Sequence record: LR535910.1
Strand: one strand, 5' to 3'
DNA length: 64,000 nucleotides
Below the pieces are notes generated by a model, which was not told the DNA's origin, ran no database searches, and saw nothing but the letters and a program-made list of their open reading frames with translations. Shown piece by piece: positions 1-9,458 of the stretch (positions are counted from its first letter, which is position 1; each line of letters begins with the position of its first letter). Both the position numbers and the translations under genes were made by a program.

Positions 1-351
1 GCAAAGTCGCAGAATTATCGTAGTCTTGGTATTACACCGTCTGTGGGATGGGAGATTAAAATTAACGATGCTTACAGACGGGTATGGTGTTCTGCTCTCG
101 GTAGTGCTATTTCTGCTATGGGTTTGGACGTACCGACTTTTGCTAACTTTAAGGACCCGAAAAGAAATCACACGACCTTTACGGTAAGTGAAGATACTGA
201 CCGGTTATGTATCACATCGTTTACCGCGGAAGAGTGGTGCGCGTATGCGCCACATTTTAAAGCGCTTCAGGAGAAAGAAAAAGAGATAGCGAAAAATGCC
301 AAAGCAAGTAAAGCTGTGGACGCTCCAACTGGCGAAGTGGCGGATAGCTGA
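1..351 (+). CDS. Hypothetical protein, 5' truncated by the window edge
   Basis: The frame is open from base 1 (AKSQNYRSLGITPSVGWEIK...) and continues into the listed 43..351 ORF. Confidence 0.6.
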   Translation, partial: AKSQNYRSLGITPSVGWEIKINDAYRRVWCSALGSAISAMGLDVPTFANFKDPKRNHTTFTVSEDTDRLCITSFTAEEWCAYAPHFKALQEKEKEIAKNAKASKAVDAPTGEVADS

Positions 352-679
352 AAAACGGAATTTGCCAAAGCTGGATATAACGGTTAAGTCGGGGCTGAAA
401 TATTTGGCACCCGACTGGGACTTTCTGATGGACTACAAGAAGTCTGACAAAGGCCCCGACGCAGAAGCTGCGTATACCAAACGCTACCTGCAGAAGCTTA
501 GTCGGTTGTTTGATGAAGACACTGATAAGTTGATAGAGATTCTCCGCCAGGGCGAGGTCGTACTAATGTGCTATTGCCCACCGGGGAAATTCTGTCATCG
601 CCACTTGCTAGTTTCTTACCTTATTGAAATCGGTGAGTGGTTCGGTTATGAAGTAATTTACATGGGCGAGTTATCGTAA
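296..679 (+). CDS. DUF488-like (YeaO-related) protein
   Basis: Motifs LAPDWDFL, YTKRYLQKL and VVLMCYCPPGKFCHRHLL match the DUF488 pattern (LAP.W...Y...L...L.C......CHR). Confidence 0.7.
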   Translation: MPKQVKLWTLQLAKWRIAEKRNLPKLDITVKSGLKYLAPDWDFLMDYKKSDKGPDAEAAYTKRYLQKLSRLFDEDTDKLIEILRQGEVVLMCYCPPGKFCHRHLLVSYLIEIGEWFGYEVIYMGELS

Positions 680-870
680 GGAGTATTGAAAATGTATTTA
701 ATTGCTACTGGCCATCACCCACGAACGTTTAGCAGTTTCAGATTACACCGTGAAGCAGGACGGGAACACTTTCACTCTCGAGTTTACAGGGAATAAAGAA
801 ATGGCAGCTGGATTATTAGAATAACCGTGAATTTCCTTTGCACCGCACCCTAACTTTTTAAGGAGTCCTC

Positions 871-1266
871 GTGAAATTGATTATGCCTAAAACCGTTCCT
901 AATCAGGATATGGTTACGACTACACTGTTTTCTGAATCATTACGTAACTCTGTACGTCAGACCGCTTCACGTCTAGACGTAGCGGTTGAAGAACTCGACC
1001 CAGGGGTTTTCATGAAGTATGCGTTTATTGCAGAAGGTTACGCGATCGCCCTGAGTTATGCGCGGTATGTCGATGACGTGACAGAAGCTAAACGTTATTT
1101 AGAAGGCTGTTGTCAAGTTTTCCGTGAAGAAATCACCGAGATGGAGATGGTTGACCGCGGCTTACCTGAATTTGTAAAGGTGGGTTACGATAAGCTGTTG
1201 CAATCCATCGCGGATGAAATCGGACGTCGCGGGTTAACTGTAGTGCACAGCGCTACACTGCACTAA
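871..1266 (+). CDS. Hypothetical protein, 131 aa
   Basis: AAGGAG RBS before the GTG start; terminator directly downstream. Confidence 0.75.
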   Translation: MKLIMPKTVPNQDMVTTTLFSESLRNSVRQTASRLDVAVEELDPGVFMKYAFIAEGYAIALSYARYVDDVTEAKRYLEGCCQVFREEITEMEMVDRGLPEFVKVGYDKLLQSIADEIGRRGLTVVHSATLH

Positions 1267-1280
1267 CACCGTACGAGTAG

Positions 1281-1318
1281 GCTACCACACGATCATATGT
1301 GTGGTAGCTTATTTTTTT
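1281..1318 (+). terminator. Rho-independent terminator
   Basis: GCTACCACAC-N8-GTGTGGTAGC stem followed by TTATTTTTTT. Confidence 0.8.
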
Positions 1319-1334
1319 GTTTCTGGAGGCGTTA

Positions 1335-1868
1335 ATGGCAGACCGCTATCAGCCCGACCTAACACTCTCGTCGAAAGCGCTTGTCGTGGCGTTGATTAAT
1401 CACGATAACGGCTTGTCATTATCGCCTGACGAGATTGTGATAAGCGGGGTAGGGCCTATCGACTTAGGTGTTGAAAGTGCCCGTACCACGCAAGCGTACA
1501 TTGCAAAAGCACGTAAACCTAACGGTAAGAAGATTACCGTCTATTACGACCGTCTAGCTGCTAATAAGATTATCGACCCGCAAGGACCGATACTGGTTAC
1601 TGTAGCTCCCGGCGACACCTATGCTGATTTAGCGACAGTTGTAAACCAGTTGTGCGGTTTAAACTTGTCACGTGAGGACATCTCGACAGGGGTTATTACA
1701 CCAACAAACGAGCCGTTGATTGCACCGATGAGTGACGATTCACCGGCTTGGACGGCTACCTTTACATTCACGGCGTTTAATGAAAAAGAAGCTGTGGCAA
1801 GTCTGGATGAAGAAACTGTTTTATGCATCGGTGATGATGCAGTGTTAACCTACGGAGACGATGCATAA
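1335..1868 (+). CDS. Virion structural protein carrying the anchor domain shared with the 10.9-34.2 kb paralogues
   Basis: GGAGG RBS before ATG 1335; SKALVVALINHDN...RTTQA...VYYDRL matches the family pattern INxxN...RNT...YDRL. Confidence 0.7.
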   Translation: MADRYQPDLTLSSKALVVALINHDNGLSLSPDEIVISGVGPIDLGVESARTTQAYIAKARKPNGKKITVYYDRLAANKIIDPQGPILVTVAPGDTYADLATVVNQLCGLNLSREDISTGVITPTNEPLIAPMSDDSPAWTATFTFTAFNEKEAVASLDEETVLCIGDDAVLTYGDDA

Positions 1869-2341
1869 TGGCAACTGTAGTCAAAAAGAAACGTTTGCAT
1901 GAACTCGATTCTTACAACGGTGATAAGTCGAGCGCGGTAGCGCTTATCAGCGTTGATGAAAAGGAGTACAAACTTCCTCTCAGTGAAATCGGCGGTGGTG
2001 GGGCAGATGCAAACCCTATCCAAAACTTATCCGGTGCTGACGGTGTCGTTGAAATAGATCCCAATATTGCGGACGACTTCATCATCCGTTTAGGTGACCC
2101 CACCACTGCGCTTTCTATCACACCTATTACCGACCCGGTTCCTGGTACGCGATATGAGTTATTACTGACGCTACGTCAGGGTACCGGTGCAAACAAAATC
2201 ACCTGGCCGGCTTCGGTTAAATGGCCTAACGGTGCAGAACCTCCGTTATCGTACACGCTAGACGCCGAGGATGTGTTGTCGTTGTCATCTACGGATGGCG
2301 GTACAACCTGGAAAGGGGCCATTTGCGGAACAGGATACTAA
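1868..2341 (+). CDS. Putative tail fibre or appendage connector protein
   Basis: C-terminal LTLRQGTGANKITWPASVKWPNG..P.....DVLSL.S.DGGTTW pattern is typical of phage fibre-associated domains; translationally coupled to both neighbours. Confidence 0.55.
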   Translation: MATVVKKKRLHELDSYNGDKSSAVALISVDEKEYKLPLSEIGGGGADANPIQNLSGADGVVEIDPNIADDFIIRLGDPTTALSITPITDPVPGTRYELLLTLRQGTGANKITWPASVKWPNGAEPPLSYTLDAEDVLSLSSTDGGTTWKGAICGTGY

Positions 2342-2344
2342 GCC

Positions 2345-5300
2345 ATGCGCAAATTTAAAATCTCTGCTAAACGACATGCGTTGAACTATGCGATGTCGCT
2401 GGCTTACGGACATCAGGACTTTGTTCGCCGCAATACCGGTCTCACAAACGACGCCCACAAAGACCATTATCTGATTAACCCAGAAGGGGTGCTATCTAAT
2501 AACCGGCATTTCATTGCTGACTCCATGGCTGTGTATCAACCTAACGGTGACGCCACCACAGAAGGCCAATCGTTGCTGATTATTGGCTACTGTCACATGT
2601 ACATTGCTACCAAAAACCAGATGTGGTTAGATGCGGCGATTCGTGCATGGGAAGCGTACGCTACCTACTATTACGCAGGTCAGGCCATTCCTGAGTCACC
2701 GCAACGTTGGATTTGTAACTGGCTAGTTAACGGTAAAGAGCCAGTGCTGGCAGACTATCCGGTGCATCCGACCGAGCCAACCCACGGTGGTTATAAGTGT
2801 GTACCGGTAACGTTTACGAACGGGCGTTGCCAGATACCCCAAGGCGCACCATTCTTTGGTGAATATCTGAACAATTTCTTTTCTGCGCATCGTGGCCATC
2901 CTACTTGGGGTGCGGTTAATGCCGACGTACAGAAAATTAAGGAATCGGAAGACGGGTTAATTGACTGGTCTAAAGTCCCTGATTACTTAATCGTCAATCC
3001 AGAGAAACCTTACGATGTAAAAGCGTGGGTGGACTGGAACACGATGCTAAACGACCCAACCGGATATACACCAATGTGGGGCGGTTCTACCTCGAAAGGT
3101 CCGCGGTACGAACCTGACTGGTTTGTTGTGTGGACGGGTGAGAAGGTTCAAGACGGCGATGTCATCGAATCCGGTTTACCTGATGCCCAGAAAGGAACCG
3201 TACAATTAAAGGACACTAGTATTAACGGTGTATATTTGATTAACTACGCTTCCCAGGTACCTGTAGAGCACGGCGGATATTTGTTTGACCGCAATGAGCC
3301 GTGGCACAACCGTCCGGTTCATACCCCGTTAAAAGGGTCTGTTAACCAGATGGGTAACGCGGCAGATGCGGAAGTGTGGTTTATTGATGCCTGTTATCTG
3401 CTCTGGCGTATCACGGGTGAACCGCGCTATAAAGCCGCATTAGACTCTGTGTTCTATACAGCGCACGAGTACACGTATATCGATGCGAAGGACAAGTTTT
3501 TCCGTCGTTCTAAGCTAGCCGAAACGCCATTTACAGATGGTATCTCGTACGACTATAAATACCCCAGCACTGTTGAGGTCGCTTACAGTCGTGATGAAAA
3601 TGGTGATATTGTGTTCCGTTCTGAGGAAGCTGTGCAGAACTTTATGGAACAGCAAGCCGTGCGTTTCAGGATAAACAGTCAATCGAAGTTACGTGTGACG
3701 TATGGCGGTGTTTGCGACAACGGTGATGCACTTGCGTGTAAAGTGATGGTGGATATTAACCCCGTCAAAGCGGATACTGAAGAAGTAAACTGGTACGGCT
3801 GTACGCTTCCGGGATCAACATCGATGGAAGTAGAACAGCATGACATCGATTTAGGGCATCTGGCCAGAATGACCAATCCGGCCAACGGCGAAGATTACAT
3901 CATTGCCGATGCGCGAGCATGTTCGGACTACGGTGGGTGTACGTGGCAGGAGAAGTTTGAGAACAACATTTACGATGGTCGTTCAGGCACAATCGTAGAA
4001 GCGTTATTCCCGAACGACGATGCGGGTTTCATTATCGGTTTCTGGTTAACCGATGCCGGCGTTGCACCCCCGCAGTCAATTGTCTATCGTGCCGATGCTG
4101 ATTTCAACTTCCGTTTCGAAGATACCGACAAGTGGCGTTGGTGGTGGATGTTGCCCGCGACTAACGGGGAATGGAAACAGGTTATTATTCGCCCTGAAGA
4201 CGCAACACTCTCGGGCTATCAACCTGACCACGATACCGACGTCGAACCAAAACCGGCTGCGCCAAACTATACAACTATCGATCAGGTAACCATACTGCCC
4301 GATTCGGCTGTGGAGAATGCGCACTTTAGCTGGTATTGCGTAAACGATGTTCCGCCACTGTTTAATGGAGACGATGGTTGGACGTTAACGTTCCGTATTG
4401 TAATTCGGGGAGGTTCTGCATTTACGGGTAAAGTGGGCGATTGTACGATAAAAGATTACCGTCTTGACTCGCTCGCGTATTGTCCAGGTACGATACCGTT
4501 CTCGAACATTTATACGGAAGGAACGTATCAGCTAGGTGCATGGCACGGGATGCCGTATCCTGGCTATCAGTATCCGTTTATGTACACCATACACACCGAT
4601 GATCGCTACAAAGTCTGGCTCTTAAATCAGATTCGGTTTATGCACGATTCACAAACCAACTACCAGGCGCAGCTAGGTGAGTTAGGTCCAGGTTGTGCGG
4701 CGTATATTTGGAACCGTTGGGATAACTACACTTACGGACCGGCAGATACGTGGACAACGTTCCATTGGGGAGATGGACATCCGTGGGCAGGTTATCAGCC
4801 ACGCGCGTATAACGCCGCTGCGCGTTGTTGGTACGAATTAGTTGTGCGTGGTAAAGAGGTTCCACCTGAGCTAGTAGTGTACGTTGAAAATTGGGCTAAG
4901 TGGCTCGTAGGGTTCTTAGACCGCTTTGACAACCACACCCCGAATGAATTCCCTACGGCACCAAATAAACCGGTATGGGTAGAGAATGATTTCACAGCAC
5001 ATATGTGTGCGCTCTGGATAGCAGGCAGTGCTTACGCAGCAATGGCCGGTTGTACGGTGGATGGGTTAGACCGAATTATGGATATGGGAATGAAGGAGAT
5101 GGGTGATAACTTCACTGTCACCGACATTCCTGGGAAAGCCATTAACGGTGCCTGGTCTCCATGGGCAAATCCCACCACGGATAACGGTCAGGCTTTTGGG
5201 TTTTATACTGGAGAAGCGATGCGCGCAATCGGGTTGTATCTCCTCTATAAAGAACACGGCGCGGGACATGATATTTATCGTGACTTGGCAATCCCCGACC

Positions 5301-5362
5301 ACACAACAGCCTCGCTCGATATAACGTTTACTATCCCAGACGATCCGCTCGAAACTAATTAA
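2345..5362 (+). CDS. 1005-aa putative virion-associated glycoside hydrolase (GH8-like alpha/alpha barrel with inserted carbohydrate-binding-like region)
   Basis: TTEGQSL resembles GH8 TSEGQSY; NAADAEVWFIDACYLLWRITGEPRY resembles BcsZ [25 protein letters not shown]; Trp-rich beta-like middle region. Confidence 0.6.
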   Translation: MRKFKISAKRHALNYAMSLAYGHQDFVRRNTGLTNDAHKDHYLINPEGVLSNNRHFIADSMAVYQPNGDATTEGQSLLIIGYCHMYIATKNQMWLDAAIRAWEAYATYYYAGQAIPESPQRWICNWLVNGKEPVLADYPVHPTEPTHGGYKCVPVTFTNGRCQIPQGAPFFGEYLNNFFSAHRGHPTWGAVNADVQKIKESEDGLIDWSKVPDYLIVNPEKPYDVKAWVDWNTMLNDPTGYTPMWGGSTSKGPRYEPDWFVVWTGEKVQDGDVIESGLPDAQKGTVQLKDTSINGVYLINYASQVPVEHGGYLFDRNEPWHNRPVHTPLKGSVNQMGNAADAEVWFIDACYLLWRITGEPRYKAALDSVFYTAHEYTYIDAKDKFFRRSKLAETPFTDGISYDYKYPSTVEVAYSRDENGDIVFRSEEAVQNFMEQQAVRFRINSQSKLRVTYGGVCDNGDALACKVMVDINPVKADTEEVNWYGCTLPGSTSMEVEQHDIDLGHLARMTNPANGEDYIIADARACSDYGGCTWQEKFENNIYDGRSGTIVEALFPNDDAGFIIGFWLTDAGVAPPQSIVYRADADFNFRFEDTDKWRWWWMLPATNGEWKQVIIRPEDATLSGYQPDHDTDVEPKPAAPNYTTIDQVTILPDSAVENAHFSWYCVNDVPPLFNGDDGWTLTFRIVIRGGSAFTGKVGDCTIKDYRLDSLAYCPGTIPFSNIYTEGTYQLGAWHGMPYPGYQYPFMYTIHTDDRYKVWLLNQIRFMHDSQTNYQAQLGELGPGCAAYIWNRWDNYTYGPADTWTTFHWGDGHPWAGYQPRAYNAAARCWYELVVRGKEVPPELVVYVENWAKWLVGFLDRFDNHTPNEFPTAPNKPVWVENDFTAHMCALWIAGSAYAAMAGCTVDGLDRIMDMGMKEMGDNFTVTDIPGKAINGAWSPWANPTTDNGQAFGFYTGEAMRAIGLYLLYKEHGAGHDIYRDLAIPDHTTASLDITFTIPDDPLETN

Positions 5363-5368
5363 GTGTAT

Positions 5369-5410
5369 ACCAGCTATCCTTCGGGGTGGCTGGTACGCTT
5401 TATTTTATTT
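5369..5410 (+). terminator. Rho-independent terminator
   Basis: ACCAGCTATCC-TTCG-GGGTGGCTGGT stem (with G-U pairs) followed by a T-rich tract. Confidence 0.7.
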
Positions 5411-5432
5411 CAGATAGATGTTATCTCAGTGA
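5408..5432 (+). promoter_or_regulatory. Putative early phage promoter motif (copy 1 of 5)
   Basis: TTTCAGATAGATGTTATCTCAGTGA, aligning with copies at 9459, 57391, 61160 and 62980; intergenic, just after a terminator. Confidence 0.55.
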
Positions 5433-5489
5433 ACCTCTGAAATTTACGTTTCAATCAGAGCTTATGTCATGTATTAAGGAGCACTTAAA

Positions 5490-5822
5490 ATGTCTAAAGT
5501 CTATCACATTGCGGTATTGCGTCAGGCAACTGACCTTGAAGGCGACGGTGAACTTCGAATGCAGGAAGCCATTCTGAGCACTGTTAAAGAACTTAACCAA
5601 GCAAACAATTTCGATGCACGATTCGAAGCGCTGCCTGTAAGCCGTGGTGCTTTCTACGGCAGTCAAATACTGGCAACCCAGTATGCGATGGCTTTAAGTG
5701 AATTGCGCAATAACCCTAGTCCTGAAACCGCGGCGAAGATGAACAAGCTGTCGTTATGGATGAATAACCTGGATGTCCCCGCGGCATCCACTGTAAGTGG
5801 TTTGGGGGTGGTCAATGAGTAG
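5490..5822 (+). CDS. Hypothetical early protein, 110 aa
   Basis: AAGGAG RBS; first gene after the promoter motif. Confidence 0.75.
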   Translation: MSKVYHIAVLRQATDLEGDGELRMQEAILSTVKELNQANNFDARFEALPVSRGAFYGSQILATQYAMALSELRNNPSPETAAKMNKLSLWMNNLDVPAASTVSGLGVVNE

Positions 5823-6150
5823 AGTAATCGGTGTTGCCAGACCAATGCGTCTCAATAGGACGCCGATGATAAATCGTGATATCGGTGAAGCTGTAAAACA
5901 GTTGTCGAATATCGACGGTTACACCTTTAAAGTGATAACACTGTACGACTACCCAGAAGGTAAAGTTCCGCAAGAGGCGCTGGATAAATTCGTTAATGTA
6001 TTAGACGATTGCCTTAAGAGTCCAACGGACGTAAATCTTATCAAACTAAACACCATGTCCCTTGAACTGTACCGGTTGCGTAAAATGGGCATTCATGCTC
6101 GCATCGGTAAAGGTGACCAAACGTTGGCCGAATACTGGGCTAAACAGTAA
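5815..6150 (+). CDS. Hypothetical protein (start reassigned to ATG 5815)
   Basis: ATG overlaps the previous stop region; GGGGTGG upstream. Confidence 0.65.
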   Translation: MSRVIGVARPMRLNRTPMINRDIGEAVKQLSNIDGYTFKVITLYDYPEGKVPQEALDKFVNVLDDCLKSPTDVNLIKLNTMSLELYRLRKMGIHARIGKGDQTLAEYWAKQ

Positions 6151-6177
6151 GCTATTTTAAATCCTAAGGAGCATTAA

Positions 6178-6696
6178 GTGAATATTATCATGAACCTGTA
6201 TACCAAACGGGAACGTAACGTTTTAGAATCGGGCGTTGCCCCGGAAGTATTGGCTGCGGGGGATATTAGTATCGACCCATTGAAAGTGAAAGTCGCAGAA
6301 CTGTTCCCTCGCGACGAATGGGACATCTGGTATTTCCGTTGTTCGTCGGTATTAAATGCAATCAAGCAACTGTCTGATTATCAGCCTGGTCCGTATATCG
6401 GTACTTGGCACTGGTACGTTCCACGCACACCAAACTTCCTTTACCTGCACGACGATGATAAACGTACTCATATTCGCACTGTAGCGACGCCTGCGCGTTT
6501 GGAGCGTTATCTGGAGCTAATCCACGACCGGCCTCGTAACGAGCTGCAGAGCATCGTAGAGGTGCTCAGACAGGTACCTATGGACGGTATACTGGAACTG
6601 GACATGAAAATCGCCGATCGTCCGAGACATTACTGGGAATTTTCCTGGGTAGACGCGAAGTACGAAAACCATAACGTTATCTATCTGAAGCGTTAA
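6178..6696 (+). CDS. Hypothetical protein, 172 aa
   Basis: AAGGAG RBS before the GTG start; part of a co-directional run. Confidence 0.75.
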   Translation: MNIIMNLYTKRERNVLESGVAPEVLAAGDISIDPLKVKVAELFPRDEWDIWYFRCSSVLNAIKQLSDYQPGPYIGTWHWYVPRTPNFLYLHDDDKRTHIRTVATPARLERYLELIHDRPRNELQSIVEVLRQVPMDGILELDMKIADRPRHYWEFSWVDAKYENHNVIYLKR

Positions 6697-6706
6697 GGGG
6701 GACAGG

Positions 6707-7027
6707 ATGATGAACTGGTTACTTGCGCTGATTAACAAGCGACAAAAACAACTGTACGAAGAAAACCGAGAATTAGCTGCCGCTATCCGTCGTGTACAGG
6801 CCGATAACTTGCAGTTAAGACACGACCTCGCGAAACTGGGCGTTAATGCGAGTAGGCTCTGCACGCACATAAGTCGCTGTCACGACATTATCGAACGTAT
6901 TGGTCACTACCATCTTACGTCCCCTGCGCGGCGTGCCTATGACGCGGCCGTTCAGGGATTAAAAGATACCAGGAGTGCGTACGACGAGATGTTAGAAGAA
7001 TTTAGTAAACGTGAGGATAAAGACTAA
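6707..7027 (+). CDS. Hypothetical coiled-coil protein
   Basis: Heptad-like LYEENRELAAAIRRVQADNLQLRHDL; purine-rich RBS. Confidence 0.7.
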   Translation: MMNWLLALINKRQKQLYEENRELAAAIRRVQADNLQLRHDLAKLGVNASRLCTHISRCHDIIERIGHYHLTSPARRAYDAAVQGLKDTRSAYDEMLEEFSKREDKD

Positions 7028-7410
7028 TGGAAACACCACCGAACACCGATTTAGCACTGGCTATCGAGCACATGAAAAATCATCAGCTGACGTTACTGAA
7101 CGCAGACATAGATGGACAACGTCAAGGGTACGCGCTCGTTGCAAAAGCAGCGTTAGAACTTAACAAAATCCTGCTCGCTAAACTCTACGGCCTGGAGAAT
7201 AGCGTGCTTCACGCAACGCATCTGGGTGAGGCCAGCGAGCTGGTTACAGACGTGCGCCTATATGCATCGCGCGAAATGGAGCGCTTAGTCAACGAGTGGA
7301 ACGTTCAGTGTAACGGCGAGCGTGCTGATAACGATCCACGTAAAGTTGCACTGACGCCAGGCGTGTATATCAAGGACGGTAGCATCAACGAATATACCGG
7401 ATTTAACTGA
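7027..7410 (+). CDS. Hypothetical protein, 127 aa
   Basis: TAATG stop-start overlap with the previous gene; GAGGA RBS. Confidence 0.75.
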   Translation: METPPNTDLALAIEHMKNHQLTLLNADIDGQRQGYALVAKAALELNKILLAKLYGLENSVLHATHLGEASELVTDVRLYASREMERLVNEWNVQCNGERADNDPRKVALTPGVYIKDGSINEYTGFN

Positions 7411-7433
7411 TCGGTAGATAAGGGTAATTGATA

Positions 7434-7859
7434 ATGTTAACCATAGACGTAGCTATCTCTATCGAGCTTCAACGCATCGGTGTAGGTACACTAAAACTTC
7501 GTTATCGTGATTTACCGCATTACAACAAGATGTTTGATGTTGGGGTGATAAAGTTTTATAACCGATACGGGCCAAGAGAACTATGTCTATGGTTTGTCGA
7601 GTTAGCGATAACCTACGGCGAGTTTTATCATCCTAATACACCGCATGTCAGACACGTGTCAAGAGGGCACCTGGAAACTTCCAGAGAGTTCTGTCAGCGA
7701 TTGTATAGCGCGATGGAGGAGTCCGCACCCATCGACTATGACGTACCACCTGAACTGTTATTAATCGACCATGAAGGAGAAGCCGGTGTCTATTTCATTA
7801 CAGGGATTGACCATTCACGAGATTCAGAAATATTTACTCGAGGGCGGGAAACTGACTGA
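7434..7859 (+). CDS. Hypothetical protein
   Basis: AAGGG upstream of the ATG; overlaps the next ORF by 89 nt, so boundaries are uncertain. Confidence 0.5.
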   Translation: MLTIDVAISIELQRIGVGTLKLRYRDLPHYNKMFDVGVIKFYNRYGPRELCLWFVELAITYGEFYHPNTPHVRHVSRGHLETSREFCQRLYSAMEESAPIDYDVPPELLLIDHEGEAGVYFITGIDHSRDSEIFTRGRETD

Positions 7860-8091
7860 CGACTATCAAACCGCAGATATGTTGCTGCAGTCATTTGTGC
7901 CGCTACGCGCTGAGTATTACGAAATCGCGTTCCTGGGTGATGAATATTGTGTCCGCACGCAAGGACGTGAATACGAAGCAGTACGCGTTCCACGAACGCT
8001 CGGTGGGGTGATGATACTTATCGCTAATATCGAAGCACTCAATGCGAAATGTGCGTTATACATTGCACAAGGAGGCCGCAATGGATTTTAA
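7771..8091 (+). CDS. Hypothetical protein, 106 aa
   Basis: Protein-like composition; its end contains the RBS of the next ORF; start uncertain. Confidence 0.5.
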   Translation: MKEKPVSISLQGLTIHEIQKYLLEGGKLTDDYQTADMLLQSFVPLRAEYYEIAFLGDEYCVRTQGREYEAVRVPRTLGGVMILIANIEALNAKCALYIAQGGRNGF

Positions 8092-8239
8092 GTGGGAACT
8101 GTTATCGTTAGCAGAAGTTCGTAACAGAATCGATAGGGCTATTGCAAGGAGAAAACATGTTCGGCCTGTTTCAGGAGAAAAAACAATTGCGCCGCCAATT
8201 AGAAATACTGGAATTGGAACTCAGCCTATCAAAGACTGA
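8081..8239 (+). CDS. Small hypothetical protein, 52 aa
   Basis: GGAGG RBS at 8071 before ATG 8081; overlaps the next gene by 83 nt. Confidence 0.4.
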   Translation: MDFKWELLSLAEVRNRIDRAIARRKHVRPVSGEKTIAPPIRNTGIGTQPIKD

Positions 8240-8558
8240 GTTAGAAATTTCGAAAGAAGCGTGGAAGAGAAATCTTGATGAATCTTTCGAAGAACGCCGT
8301 AAGCTTACACGACTACTTTCTGAGGAACAGTCTAAGAACCGGAAACTCGAAGACGAGCTACGGGATGCCCGACGAGATGCGGATCTGCGTGACAAGATGT
8401 TAGGATGGAACCTGGGTGCCCTAATCTATTTCATAGAGCAACGTTGGGAACCAAAAACACTCCTTGAGTTACTCTATGAAAAACTCTCCTGTGTAGGTAA
8501 ACGTTCTGCAGCCATCGAGTATTTCCGTAGTCACGGTTTCGAGGTAAAAGATGAGTAA
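8157..8558 (+). CDS. Hypothetical coiled-coil protein
   Basis: AAGGAG RBS before ATG 8157; long E/K/R/L heptad segment. Confidence 0.7.
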   Translation: MFGLFQEKKQLRRQLEILELELSLSKTELEISKEAWKRNLDESFEERRKLTRLLSEEQSKNRKLEDELRDARRDADLRDKMLGWNLGALIYFIEQRWEPKTLLELLYEKLSCVGKRSAAIEYFRSHGFEVKDE

Positions 8559-8892
8559 AATGAACACGAAACGAACGTCAGTCGTGTTCCAGCAGGGACG
8601 CGCACGACTCTATAAAGGTAAGAAACTTATTGGTACATTTGAGTATCAAGAGAACCAGCTAATCGTCGATGTTATCATTCTCGGTTTAGCAGCGAAGTGG
8701 CCACCTTTAAAAAGGACATTGGCCAAACGTGCGATGGAGAAACGCCGACGCGACCAGATAAAAGCATTTAACAAACCATTTCCACATGAGGCGTACCGAG
8801 TACAGCCTCGTTGCGCACACATCACGACGTCACCCATGCTTGCTAAGCTTGATGTGTCCGATCTGAGAGAAATGTTAACTGTACATCCGTAA
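8551..8892 (+). CDS. Hypothetical basic protein, 113 aa
   Basis: GAGG RBS; overlaps the previous stop. Confidence 0.7.
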   Translation: MSKMNTKRTSVVFQQGRARLYKGKKLIGTFEYQENQLIVDVIILGLAAKWPPLKRTLAKRAMEKRRRDQIKAFNKPFPHEAYRVQPRCAHITTSPMLAKLDVSDLREMLTVHP

Positions 8893-8919
8893 TGTCGCAA
8901 CCCCTTAAGGAGTATTAAA

Positions 8920-9360
8920 ATGTTAAAGCCACGCAAACAGAAAAGATTACAGTTTGTCAAAATAGTACATCCGGAGTCCCGTCGTGTTACAGGTGGACGT
9001 CTCTACGTGGGTAAACACCGTAGTCGACTCATCACCTGGTCGGCAATGGCCAACGTAGCCACTCAACTCCAGGCAATGGTTGAAGACCGTTGTCAGTTAA
9101 AAGGGGACTTCTTTCAAGAGAAGAAACCCTACCGTGATATCTTCCGTACACTGAAAGCGTGCTGGGTACTCAGTTGGGTGCCTGGCCGCGAACAACTTTA
9201 TTTTCTGCGTAAGTTCCCACGCCCTATGCCGAAAGAAAACATTAGCGTTTTCTTAGACAAACTAAAACGTTTTAATGGTATCGGCATTAACGCTAATAAA
9301 GAGCAAGTTTCTGCTACAGTAGCAGCCCGGAAACTCTTACGCGATTACGTGGCCGATTGA
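8920..9360 (+). CDS. Hypothetical basic protein, 146 aa
   Basis: AAGGAG RBS; terminator downstream. Confidence 0.75.
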   Translation: MLKPRKQKRLQFVKIVHPESRRVTGGRLYVGKHRSRLITWSAMANVATQLQAMVEDRCQLKGDFFQEKKPYRDIFRTLKACWVLSWVPGREQLYFLRKFPRPMPKENISVFLDKLKRFNGIGINANKEQVSATVAARKLLRDYVAD

Positions 9361-9400
9361 CTTGAGAGGCACTTATCCCAAAAGCGGTCAATAAAGCAGC

Positions 9401-9438
9401 ACCCTACTCCTTCGGGAGTAGGGTTTCTTCTTTTTTTG
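9401..9438 (+). terminator. Rho-independent terminator
   Basis: ACCCTACTCC-TTCG-GGAGTAGGGT followed by TTCTTCTTTTTTT. Confidence 0.85.
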
Positions 9439-9458
9439 TCTAGTCCGATTACAATTAT

